64,000 bases of DNA from Methanobacteriota archaeon (lineage in GTDB: Archaea > Halobacteriota > Bog-38 > Methanoflorentales > Methanoflorentaceae), in the NCBI GenBank assembly GCA_963720465.1, contig OY970393.1, forward strand, positions 736,001 through 800,000, in the 5' to 3' direction. Within the stretch, counting starts at the first letter, position 1. Every line of letters starts with the position of its first letter. The notes beneath the pieces are model-generated. The model did no database searches. It saw nothing but the letters and a program-made list of their open reading frames with translations, and had not been told where the DNA came from. The position numbers and the translations under genes were made by a program. Shown here piece by piece: positions 32,283 through 43,197 of the stretch.

Positions 32283-32409
32283 TCATTTTTTTTCAAGGGC
32301 CTCTATGCGTTCCCCCATCGAGCCCTTACACGCTCTGAACTCTTGACAGCACTTCTCGAGCTCGTCTACGCGCTTCTTTAAGTCATTTATTTCGTTTTTC
32401 GTATTCCAT
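32283..32409 (-). pseudogene. Small coiled-coil ORF with a frameshift in an A-run
   Basis: ggaggtga SD; MEYE/NEINDLKKRVDELEKCCQEFRACKGSMGERIEALEKK. Confidence 0.5.
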
Positions 32410-32446
32410 TTTTTTCACCTCCACGTATAAGTGCTAGAAATTGGGG

Positions 32447-32518
32447 GCCGGAGCCATACACATGACGCCGGCAGTTTGCTCCACCACTGCCCGTAAGGAG
32501 ATGTGTTCGTGGTGTTGC
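32447..32518 (-). ncRNA. Candidate 72-nt structured RNA, copy 2
   Basis: See copy 1; lies 5' of the small coiled-coil ORF. Confidence 0.55.
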
Positions 32519-32633
32519 GGAAGTAAGGACGCACGAAGCGGCATAACATTTCCCTTAGGGTAGAGGTTAACGCACGCCTCGATACGCCGTGCGGCGATGA
32601 CGGATATACAAGACGTCCATAAGGGTGCCCGCG

Positions 32634-33266
32634 TTAGCGGCTGGAGAGAGAGTCCGCGATCCGTTTCTTCATCTCACGAGCGGCGCGTGTGATGTCCGGT
32701 TGCGCGACAATCGCTGATATAACAGCGATTCCGTCAGCTCCTGCCTCCAGAACATCACGGACATTATTCAGCCCGATGCCGCCAATAGCCACGACTGGGA
32801 CCTCGACTGCCCTCTTGATTTGCCTGATTCCGACGATGCCACAAGCGGCTCCTGCATCGGGTTTTGATGCGGTAGGAAAAACAGGACTTGCCGCGACGTA
32901 ATTTGCCCCTTGCTGGACTGCGAGAATCGCATCTGCAGCACAACTCACCGAGGCGCCGATAATGAACTCACGGGGAGCGCGAGCGCGTGCCTCATGAACC
33001 TGCAGGTCGCTCTGACCTAAGTGAACGCCGTCGGCCCCGCAGGAGAGTGCCACGTCAAGCCAGTCGTTGACCACAAAAAGCACATTCGCATCCCGCGTCA
33101 CCTTCCGCATGTGTCGCCCAGTTACAACGAGATCCTGCTTATCACATTTCTTGTCTCTAAGTTGGATTGCGTCAGCTCCGCCTTCAATCGCGAGCCGTGC
33201 TATTTCCTCGTGAGACAGCCCGCCCGCCAGCGTTGGGTCCGTTATCACGTAGAGTTCGTAGCCCAT
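32634..33266 (-). CDS. thiE: Thiamine-phosphate synthase
   Basis: QLRDK, VND, DGVHLGQSD, PVVAIGGI. Confidence 0.95.
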   Translation of the reverse strand: MGYELYVITDPTLAGGLSHEEIARLAIEGGADAIQLRDKKCDKQDLVVTGRHMRKVTRDANVLFVVNDWLDVALSCGADGVHLGQSDLQVHEARARAPREFIIGASVSCAADAILAVQQGANYVAASPVFPTASKPDAGAACGIVGIRQIKRAVEVPVVAIGGIGLNNVRDVLEAGADGIAVISAIVAQPDITRAAREMKKRIADSLSSR

Positions 33267-34071
33267 AGCTTAGATTGACCGCACCTTCGCTCGCCGGAGT
33301 AACGTCTTCTGGCAGAAGACCCGCGACCTCGTCCATTAACGCCGTCCGGAACGAATACGGCCCTGAAGTCCGGCGGGCTGCCCCCTCACCTGCAATCCCG
33401 AACGCAGCCAATGCTGCTGTAGATGATGTCACATGGTCCGAGCAGACCGCCGCAAAGGCTGCTACTAGGGACGCCGCCATGCAGCCTGTTCCTGAGAGCT
33501 TCCCCATCATTGCATGGCCATTCTCCACAGTAGCCGAGCGGGTTCCGTCTGTGACAATGTCCTTAGCGCCACTGATGACCACGGTAAGGCCCGTCCGTCG
33601 CGCATACTCCTTGCCTATGTCCAGCGCATCTCCATTGAGACCTCGCGAATCAACACCGCTGACGATGCCTCCCGCATCCGCAAGTACACCGATCTCTCCG
33701 GCGTTGCCCTTTAGCACAGAAACTCTGATCTGTCTTATAAGCAATCGTGCGCTTTCTGTCCGCATCCTCGTCGCTCCTGCACCAACCGGGTCTAAAATGA
33801 CGGGAATACCACAGGAATTGGCGGTGCGTCCAGCTTTTAACATGGAATTAACCTGATTACGCGATAGAGTCCCCAGGTTAAGCACAAGCGCATCCGCCCT
33901 TGAAACCATCTCCTCGACTTCTTCAGGCGCCTCTGCCATGACCGGGGCAGCGCCGATCGAAAGCGTGACGTTTGCGCAATCATTGATCGTTACGCTATTG
34001 GTAATGTGGTGTATAAGTGGTCGCTTTGCCCGGATCTCGTCGATTAGGCTAGCGAATGTTTGGGGCGTCAT
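33184..34071 (-). CDS. thiM: Hydroxyethylthiazole kinase (3' end overlaps thiE; possible frameshift)
   Basis: HHITNSVT.NDCAN, LDPVGAGA, KGNAGEI, GTGC. Confidence 0.93.
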   Translation of the reverse strand: MTPQTFASLIDEIRAKRPLIHHITNSVTINDCANVTLSIGAAPVMAEAPEEVEEMVSRADALVLNLGTLSRNQVNSMLKAGRTANSCGIPVILDPVGAGATRMRTESARLLIRQIRVSVLKGNAGEIGVLADAGGIVSGVDSRGLNGDALDIGKEYARRTGLTVVISGAKDIVTDGTRSATVENGHAMMGKLSGTGCMAASLVAAFAAVCSDHVTSSTAALAAFGIAGEGAARRTSGPYSFRTALMDEVAGLLPEDVTPASEGAVNLSYGLRTLRDNGPNAGGRAVSRGNSTARD

Positions 34072-34194
34072 GCAGGATCTCTTGAATATCTGTATAACGC
34101 GGTATATATCCACTACCTAGCGAATATGCTCTCTTCAAACACGGTGATTCTGAGGTTCGACACCTCTGTTTGTCGCGGAAGGTAACGAAAAGGG

Positions 34195-34998
34195 ATGAAG
34201 GTTCATTTGAACAACGTCGAGGAAACGCTATTGATCCCGTTATGGGGTCGAGCACAATCAAACAGCGCGCACAATTCGCTGCTTAACGACGCGAAAGCGA
34301 TTGAGATCATTGACCGAATCGACTATGACTTCTCAAAACTCCTCGGCGTCAGATTCTCAGACGAGATTTCTGGTTCGTTATACGGGCAAAGCAGTTCGAC
34401 GATAAGATACAAGCTTACATTACCGAGCACCCACGCGGAACAGTCGTGAACATCGGCGCTGGACTTGACACCACGTTTTACCGCATCGACAATGGGTCGA
34501 TTCGGTGGTATGACATTGACCTTCCAAACGTCATCGATATCAGAAGACGGTTGCTTCCTGAAACCGACAGAACAACATCGATAGCGCGATCCATTTTCGA
34601 TTCGAGCTGGTATTCTGAAATCAAACACACGCAAGACGGCCTGTTTCTGATGGCGGCGGGCGTCTTATTTTATTTTGATGCGGCGCAGGTACGACAGTTT
34701 TTTTGTCGTTGGCAGACGACCTTCCCGGCGCTGAAATTGTGTTTGATACGTTGCCTAAACTCGCTGTTACTTTCACGAACTGGAATGTGAGGAAAGCGGG
34801 AATGAAAGGGGCTACCGTCAAATGGGCACTAAGAGATGCGAATGAAATCACGAAGGGGACAGCCGCATTACCGTGATCGATCAGGTTCCGTTCTTCAGAA
34901 ATATCCCAAGAGATCCTTCATGGGGCATAGGCACTCGCAGATTCATGGATTTCAGCGACAAGTTCAAGATCTTGAATATTTTCCATTTACGAGTATAA
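34195..34998 (+). pseudogene. LCM/TcmP-like SAM O-methyltransferase with three frameshifts
   Basis: ETLLIPLWGRA, NIGAGLDT.FYR.DNG, DLP.VI. Confidence 0.85.
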
Positions 34999-35057
34999 TA
35001 ATCAGCATTTCCATAGCGTGTCAAACTGGTTGAAGGTTCGCCTGAAGGCCCCAATTT

Positions 35058-35462
35058 TTGAGCAGACAATACGCGGCTGCAACAACAGAGGCGCAGAAAT
35101 CCATGATATTGGCGGCATGGCAGGCAATACTTGTTAATACGAACCAACGTGCTGCTGGCGGTTTCAATCTGGGGTTCTTTTTAATCTCTGTAGGTGGTCT
35201 CTTAGTCTCAGCTGTCATGTTGCGCAGCAATATCTTTAGCAAAGCAACAGCATATGTGGGAATTCTAGCTTTTGCAATCTCATTATCCGATTACGTCAGA
35301 ATAATTGTTGCACCATCGGCGCTCACCCTCACCCTCGTCATCGCCCTCGCATCCGCCGTATTTTTGATTATCTGGTTGATCTTAGTTGGCCGAAAGCTAC
35401 TCCAGATAGGCGAGCCATCTCGAAAGAACGGGCGCTTTAGTTTACAGATCAGACCACTTTAA
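35058..35462 (+). pseudogene. Membrane protein C-terminal fragment (DUF4386-like)
   Basis: LS.QYAAA.TEAQK, MLRS.IFSK.TAY.GILA; lacks the N-terminus. Confidence 0.6.
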
Positions 35463-35587
35463 CTGACGGACAGGATTCGAGTTCTGCAGATGTTTTTTAC
35501 ATCCTCTTTAACTAAGTCATTCGAACGTTACTCTATATGTAAAGGAACTGATTTTTCCTCGGTCGTCGTGCCAACATGCAAGCAAGG

Positions 35588-35778
35588 CTCGGTTTAGAAT
35601 TTCTGAGGCTGTGTAACCGTTCGGTGCCCGGGTCGATGCTTGGATTAAAAAAACAAAGAGGTAACTAAGGCTGTTAACCGCCCCGCACTTTTAAAATGTC
35701 ACATGAACTTATTTTGGTCAAAGCATCGAACCTTTTTGAACCGGAGCGGTCACACAACCTTAGCAATTGTAGACCGAG
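35588..35778. repeat. Long imperfect inverted repeat (~65-bp arms), MITE-like or hairpin
   Basis: ctcggtttagaatttctgaggctgtgtaaccg vs cggtcacacaaccttagcaattgtagaccgag; inner tcgatgctt/aagcatcga. Confidence 0.75.
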
Positions 35779-35831
35779 ACAAAATATAGACCAATGAAAG
35801 CTATTTGAGCGTCAATAACAAATTTGTTACA

Positions 35832-36866
35832 ATGTCTGTACTTCCAGCACACCAGACGACGATGATTGGCAGTATGCCCCATTTGACCCCCAAAGAGGCT
35901 CTTCAAGCGCTTGAACGAGTTCCACTCACTATCCCAGCCTGGCCGCAGTTGCCGAGACGGTCATTTAAGGAAGCCATGATTCCTCAGTACACCGAAGCGT
36001 TTCCGGGTATTCGAGTTGATGAGGTCGCGAAGCGCATCTGGGTGCAGGTTGATGACGACCTGCCCAATGCCATGGTTGAGTTTTATGAACACCTTGTCGC
36101 GGAGCATGTGGACGCCTTTGCGATTTCTGAAGAGTACGCCGCCGGCCTGCATGGTATGCTGCGACAGTTGGCCACTGCCAATATGAAACTTCCATTTCTG
36201 AAAGGGCACGTTACAGGCCCCTTTACGTTCGGTTTAGGGCTGGCGGATCAAGAACACCGCTCGGTCTGGTTCGACGAACAATATCGCGATGTTGTGCTGA
36301 AAGGGATGGGCATGAAGGCGCTCTGGCAAATTCAGCAATTGCAGCCCTACACTGAGCAGGTGGTGATCTTCTTCGATGAGCCGGTGCTTTCCGCGTTAGG
36401 CACGGCCGCATACATGACGATTCAGAATGAAGATGTGATTAATGGGCTGAATGAAGTCCTTGAAATCTCTCACAATGCCGGCGCGTTGGTGGGCGTTCAT
36501 TGCTGCGGCAACATGGAGTGGGGCCTGCTTGCCAGTACCAAGATCGACATCATTGCCTTTGACGCGTATTCTTATGGCGCTAAAGTGGCGCTCTATCCTG
36601 ACAAAATCCAGGCCTTTTTGAAACGCGACGGGATCTTGGCTTCGGGCCTAGTGCCGACCGGTAAAGCCGAGAAACTGCGCGCCGAAACTCCCGATAGCCT
36701 CAAGACGAAACATGAAAGCCTTATCCAGGAATTTGTCGGCAAAGGGATTGCTGAAAATCTGTTACGTGAACAATTTCTTTTCACGCCGTCCTGCGGCATG
36801 GGCACACTCTCAGAAAGCGATACGGCGATAGTGCTGAAACTGCTTGCTGCCACCCAAACCTTTTAG
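35832..36866 (+). CDS. Methionine synthase-like protein (MetE C-terminal/core domain)
   Basis: IGSMPH, WPQLP, KGHVTGPFT, DEP, HCCG, TPSCG Zn ligands. Confidence 0.85.
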   Translation: MSVLPAHQTTMIGSMPHLTPKEALQALERVPLTIPAWPQLPRRSFKEAMIPQYTEAFPGIRVDEVAKRIWVQVDDDLPNAMVEFYEHLVAEHVDAFAISEEYAAGLHGMLRQLATANMKLPFLKGHVTGPFTFGLGLADQEHRSVWFDEQYRDVVLKGMGMKALWQIQQLQPYTEQVVIFFDEPVLSALGTAAYMTIQNEDVINGLNEVLEISHNAGALVGVHCCGNMEWGLLASTKIDIIAFDAYSYGAKVALYPDKIQAFLKRDGILASGLVPTGKAEKLRAETPDSLKTKHESLIQEFVGKGIAENLLREQFLFTPSCGMGTLSESDTAIVLKLLAATQTF

Positions 36867-36883
36867 GATTAGCAGCGTTTTTC

Positions 36884-36912
36884 AGCCTGGGGACGCCATA
36901 TATCTCCAGGCT
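36884..36912. terminator. Hairpin after the MetE-like gene
   Basis: agcctgggga...tctccaggct. Confidence 0.45.
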
Positions 36913-37050
36913 TGCAGACGAGCGGTGATCTTACCCCGGAAGCATGAAGCGTTGGCCTGGCCTGTAAGCGCGTCGGCCGGGGCATTGACGTAAATTGCGC
37001 TGACTCGTTCACCTACTGCGTTACACGCCGCGCTCGCCGTTTCGAGGCGA

Positions 37051-37266
37051 TTAGCTAAAGTAAGCCACTAGGTTGTCCCAATAAAACTCGACCCACCCGG
37101 ACTCGAGATCTGCGCACAGATCTTCTGGAATGCAGGCCTGAGTAAAAACCGCCTCTGGCGCGAACCGCTCCATAACATATCCGAGGATTTTCGCCGGCCC
37201 GCCTTCTTCGAAGTCTATACGATTGCCTACTTCGGTCGGAACCTCCATATATACTAAGTAACGCAC
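37051..37266 (-). pseudogene. Chimeric ORF: unrelated N-terminus fused to an SRPBCC C-terminus
   Basis: Last 97 nt align with 63667-63763. Confidence 0.7.
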
Positions 37267-37465
37267 GATCGATCACCTCTCGCACAAGTCAACGTTCAAA
37301 AATAAGTCCTTTCACCCAGATTTCCCGCTATTTCGTCTGATTAAAAAGGTAATACGCAGGTTTGATTCCGTGCTTTCCGCGGCAAAAAAGCATCTCGAAC
37401 ACAGTTCCCGGCCAACGTGTGTAAGTATTAGCGTCACAAAGAGGCAAAAAATTAGGAGGATAATA

Positions 37466-37840
37466 ATGCCACAAGGAAGAGTAATGTATTTTGAGCTGCC
37501 TGCCGATGATCCAGCGCGGGCGATAGCGTTTTACGAGAAGGTGTTTGGCTGGACCATCACGAAGTGGGATGCGCCTATGGACTACTGGCTAGTCACGACA
37601 GGACCCGATGACGAACCGGGAATCAATGGTGCGATAATGCCGCGCAGAATGCCTGAGCAGGTGACGGTGAACACGATCAGCGTAGCGTCTGTCGACGACT
37701 TTACGAAAAAGATCGTGGACGCCGGCGGAAACGTCATGGTGCCAAAAATGGCGGTCGCAGGTCAGGGTTATCTCGCCTACTGCACGGACACAGAAGGGAA
37801 CGTTTTTGGCGTCATGGAGATGGACCCGTCTGCGAAATAG
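37466..37840 (+). CDS. VOC/glyoxalase-family protein
   Basis: FELPADD..RA..FY..VFGW, PGINGA, DTEGN.FG. Confidence 0.92.
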   Translation: MPQGRVMYFELPADDPARAIAFYEKVFGWTITKWDAPMDYWLVTTGPDDEPGINGAIMPRRMPEQVTVNTISVASVDDFTKKIVDAGGNVMVPKMAVAGQGYLAYCTDTEGNVFGVMEMDPSAK

Positions 37841-37875
37841 GATCTGCCGGGTTCATTGGACACGGGGGATCATCT

Positions 37876-38376
37876 ATGAAAAAAAAGAATCCTGCCAAGA
37901 TTACTGCAGAACCTGGAAAACAGGAGCTCCTCATCGCCCGAGAATTTGACGCCCCGCGAGAGCTCGTCTTTAAGGCATTCACCGATCCGGATCTCTATGT
38001 GCAGTGGATCGGTCCGCGAAGGCTCACTACGACTCTCGAAATATTCGAGCCGCGAAATGGTGGAAGCTGGCGATACGTTCAGACGGATCAGGACGACAAC
38101 AAATTTGCTTTTCACGGGGTAAACCATGAGGTCTTAGCTCCGCAGAGGATAATTGGCACTTTTGAGTTTGAAGGGCTCCCGGAAACAGGGCACGTTCTCC
38201 TCCAAACGGCGAGATTTGAGGAATTGCCAGGTAACCGGACAAAGCTAGCGGCTCAATCAGTCTTTCAGTCTTTGGAGGATCGCGATGGGATGATGCAATC
38301 AGATATGGAAGAAGGGGTAAACGATTCGTACGAACGTCTCGATGAGCTGCTGGAAAAACTGCAAAAAAGAACATAA
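37876..38376 (+). CDS. SRPBCC (AHSA1-like) protein
   Basis: [17 protein letters not shown]...W.GP. Confidence 0.92.
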   Translation: MKKKNPAKITAEPGKQELLIAREFDAPRELVFKAFTDPDLYVQWIGPRRLTTTLEIFEPRNGGSWRYVQTDQDDNKFAFHGVNHEVLAPQRIIGTFEFEGLPETGHVLLQTARFEELPGNRTKLAAQSVFQSLEDRDGMMQSDMEEGVNDSYERLDELLEKLQKRT

Positions 38377-38418
38377 AAGTAAGCAGGGGTTTGTTAATCC
38401 TGTTGTGAGTTGCACTTG

Positions 38419-38477
38419 GCACGCTATAATGAAGGAGAGCGACAAGACCATTACTTTCTAAGCGGGCTGGAATGTGA
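38419..38477 (+). repeat. Sliver copy of the dsrE 3' end and flank (29276-29335)
   Basis: gcacgctata-tgaaggagagcgacaaga-cattactttctaagcg. Confidence 0.9.
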
Positions 38478-38625
38478 GCCAAATTAGCCGTCTGGCGTTC
38501 AATAATTCAATTTTGTCGGCCCCCGAACAAAGGTGTTCTTGCTCAACGGAGTGGTTCTATTCACGCGAAAAGTATTCTTGACGACAGTAATAGAGCGCAA
38601 AAAGGCACAAAAAAGAGACGGTACC

Positions 38626-39072
38626 ATGACGCTGCCGATACGTATCGAAAAGGATGAAATTCCGTTTTTTATTGCGGGATGCGCCGTTGAAGCAATACAA
38701 TGGGAAGTTGAAGGAATGCGGTACGAGGAGTGGCATGCCGAACGTGAACGAGGGGACGACCCGTCTGCCACGTGGCGCGATGAGATTGTGGTACCGTACC
38801 TCCAGCGCCGGTTTGAAGCGCTGGAAGTTCACAAAGATGGCCGTCTCTTCGGCATCCGACGCGAAACGCAAGAGCTGATCGATGAAGGTTTTTTGCGATC
38901 CAGAACTGCTCGAGGAATGTTTGCTCGCCAAATGTCCGGGACAAGGATGGCGGTTTGCATTAGGATGCTGTCGCAAACAACACTCGAAGTAACGCTCCTC
39001 CATAAAGGGCGGGCCTTGAGGCAGCCCCTAGTCTATTCGCGCGCAGCTGGCAAACTGCGAGTAAAGCCTTAA
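38626..39072 (+). CDS. Hypothetical protein
   Basis: ORF. Confidence 0.5.
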   Translation: MTLPIRIEKDEIPFFIAGCAVEAIQWEVEGMRYEEWHAERERGDDPSATWRDEIVVPYLQRRFEALEVHKDGRLFGIRRETQELIDEGFLRSRTARGMFARQMSGTRMAVCIRMLSQTTLEVTLLHKGRALRQPLVYSRAAGKLRVKP

Positions 39073-39090
39073 ATCTTTATAACTGAATTA

Positions 39091-39232
39091 GTAGCCGTTA
39101 CGTTGTCCGCTGTGCTTTGACACCGCGAGAGGCTTATCCGCGCCTGCGAGTGTTGGCGCCTTTAACCGATCGATTACGATCTTGGTCGGGTTCTTTTGCT
39201 GTCCTTGCTGCGGGGGAAGGGAGAACAACATA
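39091..39232 (+). ncRNA. Candidate structured 5' leader of the DUF2111 gene, copy 2
   Basis: Covarying stems; last stem covers the purine-rich SD region. Confidence 0.55.
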
Positions 39233-39631
39233 ATGGAACAATATGAGTTTTCATCAGACTCTACGAGCAGCGATTTAATCCCAATCGCATTGGCAGTTCA
39301 CGCCGTATTAGGCGGCCTGCCCGTTACGATGCGAAGCCAGAACCATCGCGGCGTTCAAATTGAAGACGGCAAAGTGAAAAGTCGGAACTATACGGGCCCT
39401 ATACTCGAACGAGTTCTTGCCGAGAACACATTGATAAAGACGCGGCCGCAAGCGGGGGAATACACGAACGTACCGGTCATAGTTGCCCCCATTCAGGACA
39501 GTAGAGGTTCGGCAATGGCTGCCATTGGCGTTGTCGATGTCACTGGAATATTCGACCTGGCGGATGCTATGAGCCAGCAATCGCAGATCATCAACCAACT
39601 GCGTTATTGCGCCGTGCCTGCGAGCAAGTAA
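39233..39631 (+). CDS. DUF2111-family protein, copy 2 (identical to copy 1)
   Basis: 399/399 nt identical. Confidence 0.85.
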   Translation: MEQYEFSSDSTSSDLIPIALAVHAVLGGLPVTMRSQNHRGVQIEDGKVKSRNYTGPILERVLAENTLIKTRPQAGEYTNVPVIVAPIQDSRGSAMAAIGVVDVTGIFDLADAMSQQSQIINQLRYCAVPASK

Positions 39632-39684
39632 GGGGACTCGGAGGCGATCGATATCGAAGAAATATGGATTGAGAATTTTGGTCA

Positions 39685-39939
39685 CTACTCGGCGGCGCCG
39701 TGAATACAATAGTAGCCTCTAGTCAGTCCGTATTGTGTGTAGACGGGGCACTTGCGGCAGCCGCATCCCAGCATTTCAGGAGGCTTTTTACTCTTACCGG
39801 TTGCGCAATGAATCCACCCGCTGCAGCGGGTAAGCTGGAACGTCGGGCAAGTCGTGCAGCAGAGACATCTGACCACGTTTTCTGATGTAATCGGAACCGT
39901 CACGAAAACCCCTTCACCAGGTAGCCTAGGCTCGTACAA
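39685..39939 (-). CDS. DUF2769-like Cys-rich protein
   Basis: CLC..CPTF...HCATGKS...GCGC.KCPVY..Y.L...YYC..G. Confidence 0.8.
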   Translation of the reverse strand: MYEPRLPGEGVFVTVPITSENVVRCLCCTTCPTFQLTRCSGWIHCATGKSKKPPEMLGCGCRKCPVYTQYGLTRGYYCIHGAAE

Positions 39940-40195
39940 TAGCCCTTTTGCTCTCTCCCTTGAGACGTTAACGGCTATATCTGAAATGTCCAGGATCTAA
40001 TAAATATTACCTTCAACCGCTTCGCCGTCGTTATTAATTTGCCTGCAGAAACAGGACGATGACAAAGCCAAGGAGCAATATGACACTAGATAATGCGCAC
40101 TGCCGTGGTGATCGTGCTGGCTACGACGCTGCGCTTCAGGAATGAAACTTTGGGGGATGTTCAGCGGCGTGGACCATCAATTGTTTTCCATTATC

Positions 40196-40612
40196 TCAAA
40201 GGAAGCCGTTATACAGCTTTTTGATATCTTTGAAAATATCCTCTTTTGAAATTTCGTTGATATCACGAGGATAACGGTCTTCTTGACTAGGCCCCCGTCC
40301 ACCTCTATAGGTGCCACACGGTCCGTGTCGCCAAATTATACGCTTTACGATATAACCACCACTTGAAGACGCAGGTTCCGCCCAAATCGAATAGCGAAAT
40401 TTTCGTCGTCCCCTCTCAGCTTTCGCATGAAAGTTGTTTATCAATCTGTTATCAAGCCAAGAAATTGGGTGTCCTGGATCATCATGAATCTGGAGATCTG
40501 TCTCCCGGCCGCGTTCTTTTGGTTCGGCGTCACGGTCTTTGAGTGCGGGATTAACCACGGACTTAAAGAACTGTATAATCTCTTCCTTCGGATATTCTTT
40601 CAGTATCAACAC
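40196..40612 (-). CDS. Hypothetical protein (distant homolog of 26316-26867)
   Basis: FF.SVVNPAL, FRYSI, DI.EISKEDI..D. Confidence 0.6.
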   Translation of the reverse strand: MLILKEYPKEEIIQFFKSVVNPALKDRDAEPKERGRETDLQIHDDPGHPISWLDNRLINNFHAKAERGRRKFRYSIWAEPASSSGGYIVKRIIWRHGPCGTYRGGRGPSQEDRYPRDINEISKEDIFKDIKKLYNGFL

Positions 40613-41842
40613 CTCAGATGCATCCTACGCGTCAATCTGCTCTATTTTAGCTCGAAGTAATCAAGTGTGTCGTGCGGCGAAGCGTCAGACCGGCGCAGAA
40701 CCTGATGCAAGGGACACAGGCGTTGCAGGGTTCGTGAGGGGCTTTCTTTATCAAAAACTGATCGTTTTCAAAGGGTTAAAATAGTATTAACAAGATAATC
40801 TATTCTTTGGTCAAAGCCCTAAGGCAGCTTATACCGTTTGCAGTGATTCAGCCGGTCGCACCCGGGTTTATTTTCTTGCGATCCTGTATCAAGTCTTTGG
40901 GCATTTGACCACCAGCAGTCTCTTGCTACAACGCGCCGAACTCCCAATAGAGTGGGATCGATCTGCCCCCTTCCTCCCTAACTTTTCTTCACTTTCAACA
41001 CGTTTTCGCCGCAGGATTATCACCCGGAGCGCAATAGTGGAGTTGTGCAAGCAACCTAGCCCAGAACCAGTATAGGCGAGACGAATCAGGCCGTCTACAA
41101 GCTGTTTGTCGCCTACATTCACACAATACCGCTGGAAGAGCTAATAGAAAGTTGAACGGGCCCGGCTAGATGCCAAACTAAGGTATGTGGTAATACACGG
41201 GGCTGCCTGCAGCTACTGCCTCGGCAGGGCTGAACGCCTTGAAGGATCGTACCTACGGACGTTTGCTCTCGAGTTGAAAGAACAGCTTGCCCAGACTCTC
41301 GCTGCGTTTGTCACATCGGTTCCAACAGGGCCGCATAAGCGCTTAGACGCGAAAGAGGGTGAATAGTTCGCTAAAGGCGATCCGTTTGTATTGCTGGCAT
41401 GGTCAGTAAATGGCACATCTCACAATGGGCTAATCTGCTAAAAGAATAAAGCAATCTAGGCAAACTAATAAGAGGGCTTTTCCCGATGGGAGCCCCGAAG
41501 CTATCCAGTAAATCTTGCACATTAGACCCATGGAAGGGACCATGACATACACTACGAACCTATATGAAAGATGCATTTAAAAGGATAGTCTGAAGATGAA
41601 TGTCATAGCCAAATACGGATTTATTTTTTTTGTTGGCTCTATCTTAGCGGTAGGAGGCATTTGCGGTCTTATGTTCCTATTGGCCCCCATATTCGGCACG
41701 TTCTGAATTCTTGACAAGTATCTCACGCCTTATCTGGGCGTTGTAGAGACCTTTCTTTTTGAGGCTTCGGTTGAGTTACGCGCTTGCGTGCGCCACTAAT
41801 CTAAAAGCCGATGAGCGCAGCCCACGTGAACTCCTAAACAGA

Positions 41843-42889
41843 CTATTCGCTCTTACTCGCAAAGAGCTTAAGATACTCCTCGTAGCCCTGCTTCTCCAGA
41901 TCCTCTTTCGGGATAAACCGAAGCGCCGCCGAGTTCATGCAGTAACGTTGCCCAGTCGGCGGGGGCCCGTCGGGAAAAACGTGACCCAGGTGGGAATCTC
42001 CGTGCTTGCTTCTCACTTCAGTCCTCACCGCGAAGAGCTTCCGGTCCTTTCTCGTCGTAACGTTCTCCGGTTCCAGGGGTTTCGTAAAGCTTGGCCATCC
42101 CGTCCCGGAGTCGTACTTGTCGAGCGAGCTGAAGAGAGGCTCTCCGGATACGATGTCAACGTAAATACCTTCCCTCTTGTTGTCATGGTACTCATTTTGG
42201 AAGGGCGGCTCCGTGCCTTCGTGCTGCGTCACCTCGTATTGAAGCGGTGTAAGCATCTTTTTCAGGGTAGCGTCATCGGGCTTGCGATAGGCCTTCGTTC
42301 CCCCCGGATTGCCGCCGGGGTTGCTGCCCGCCTTCTTCTCCTTTCCCCAGGTCTCATCGAGGAACCGGTCGCGGCCGGAGCCCAACCGGTAGATCTTATA
42401 CCGTAAGGGGCTCTTCTTGTGGTAATCCTGGTGGTAGAACTCAGCCTCGTAGAACTTTGAGAATTTCACAATCGACGTGACTATAGGCTTCTTGAACGGA
42501 CCGGATTGTTTAAGATCAGCCTTCGATTTCTCCGCGATGCGCTTCTGTTCCTCGTCGTGGTAGAAAATCGCTGTTCTGTACTGAGGGCCTCGGTCCGCAA
42601 ACTGCCCGCCCGGATCCGTCGGATCTATATGACGCCAGAAGATATTCAAGACCTGCTCATAATTCACCTTTGAAGGATCGTAGTATACCTGTATGGCTTC
42701 GTGGTGCCCGGTCTTTCCCGTTGAGACTTCCGCGTAGGTGGGGTTTTCCTTCTGACCACCCGTATAGCCAGATATGACTTTTATAACGCCGGATACCTTT
42801 TCAAAATCGGCCGCTAAGCACCAGAAGCAGCCACCCGCGAGGGTTGCGACCTTCAAATTTGTCTGCTCTTCTTGCATAGGATTGTTCAC
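41843..42889 (-). CDS. msrAB: Fused methionine sulfoxide reductase MsrA/MsrB
   Basis: AGGCFWC, AE.YHQDY, GWPSF, HLGHVF.DGP, RYCMNS. Confidence 0.96.
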   Translation of the reverse strand: MNNPMQEEQTNLKVATLAGGCFWCLAADFEKVSGVIKVISGYTGGQKENPTYAEVSTGKTGHHEAIQVYYDPSKVNYEQVLNIFWRHIDPTDPGGQFADRGPQYRTAIFYHDEEQKRIAEKSKADLKQSGPFKKPIVTSIVKFSKFYEAEFYHQDYHKKSPLRYKIYRLGSGRDRFLDETWGKEKKAGSNPGGNPGGTKAYRKPDDATLKKMLTPLQYEVTQHEGTEPPFQNEYHDNKREGIYVDIVSGEPLFSSLDKYDSGTGWPSFTKPLEPENVTTRKDRKLFAVRTEVRSKHGDSHLGHVFPDGPPPTGQRYCMNSAALRFIPKEDLEKQGYEEYLKLFASKSE

Positions 42890-43197
42890 CGGTTTTGTTT
42901 TTTTGCCTCTATCCTAATACTCGCTTAGCGCGAATATCAGCGAAAACATGATGATAAGGATTTTCATGGGAATTCCGTGTCTCGTTTCACCCAAGGCCCT
43001 GACAGAGTAAGGAGAGTACAGTTAGTAACAATTCCCATCGGCAAATCCTTCACCGCGCGTTCAACATCAGCCTAGTTTGAGTAAGCACAGTCATCGCCTA
43101 TATCGGCGAACGTCACTTTCTTTTAATCGCTCAACTCGACGCTAAAACTACTCGCATTATGAAATTACTGTAGGCGTAGTTCAAAAACCTCCAAGAT

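Noticed and set aside
34100-34190. TPP riboswitch upstream of thiM, or a T-arm-like hairpin gagg-ttcgaca-cctc
   Set aside because: Lacks the CUGAGA and other TPP consensus elements; the hairpin is isolated
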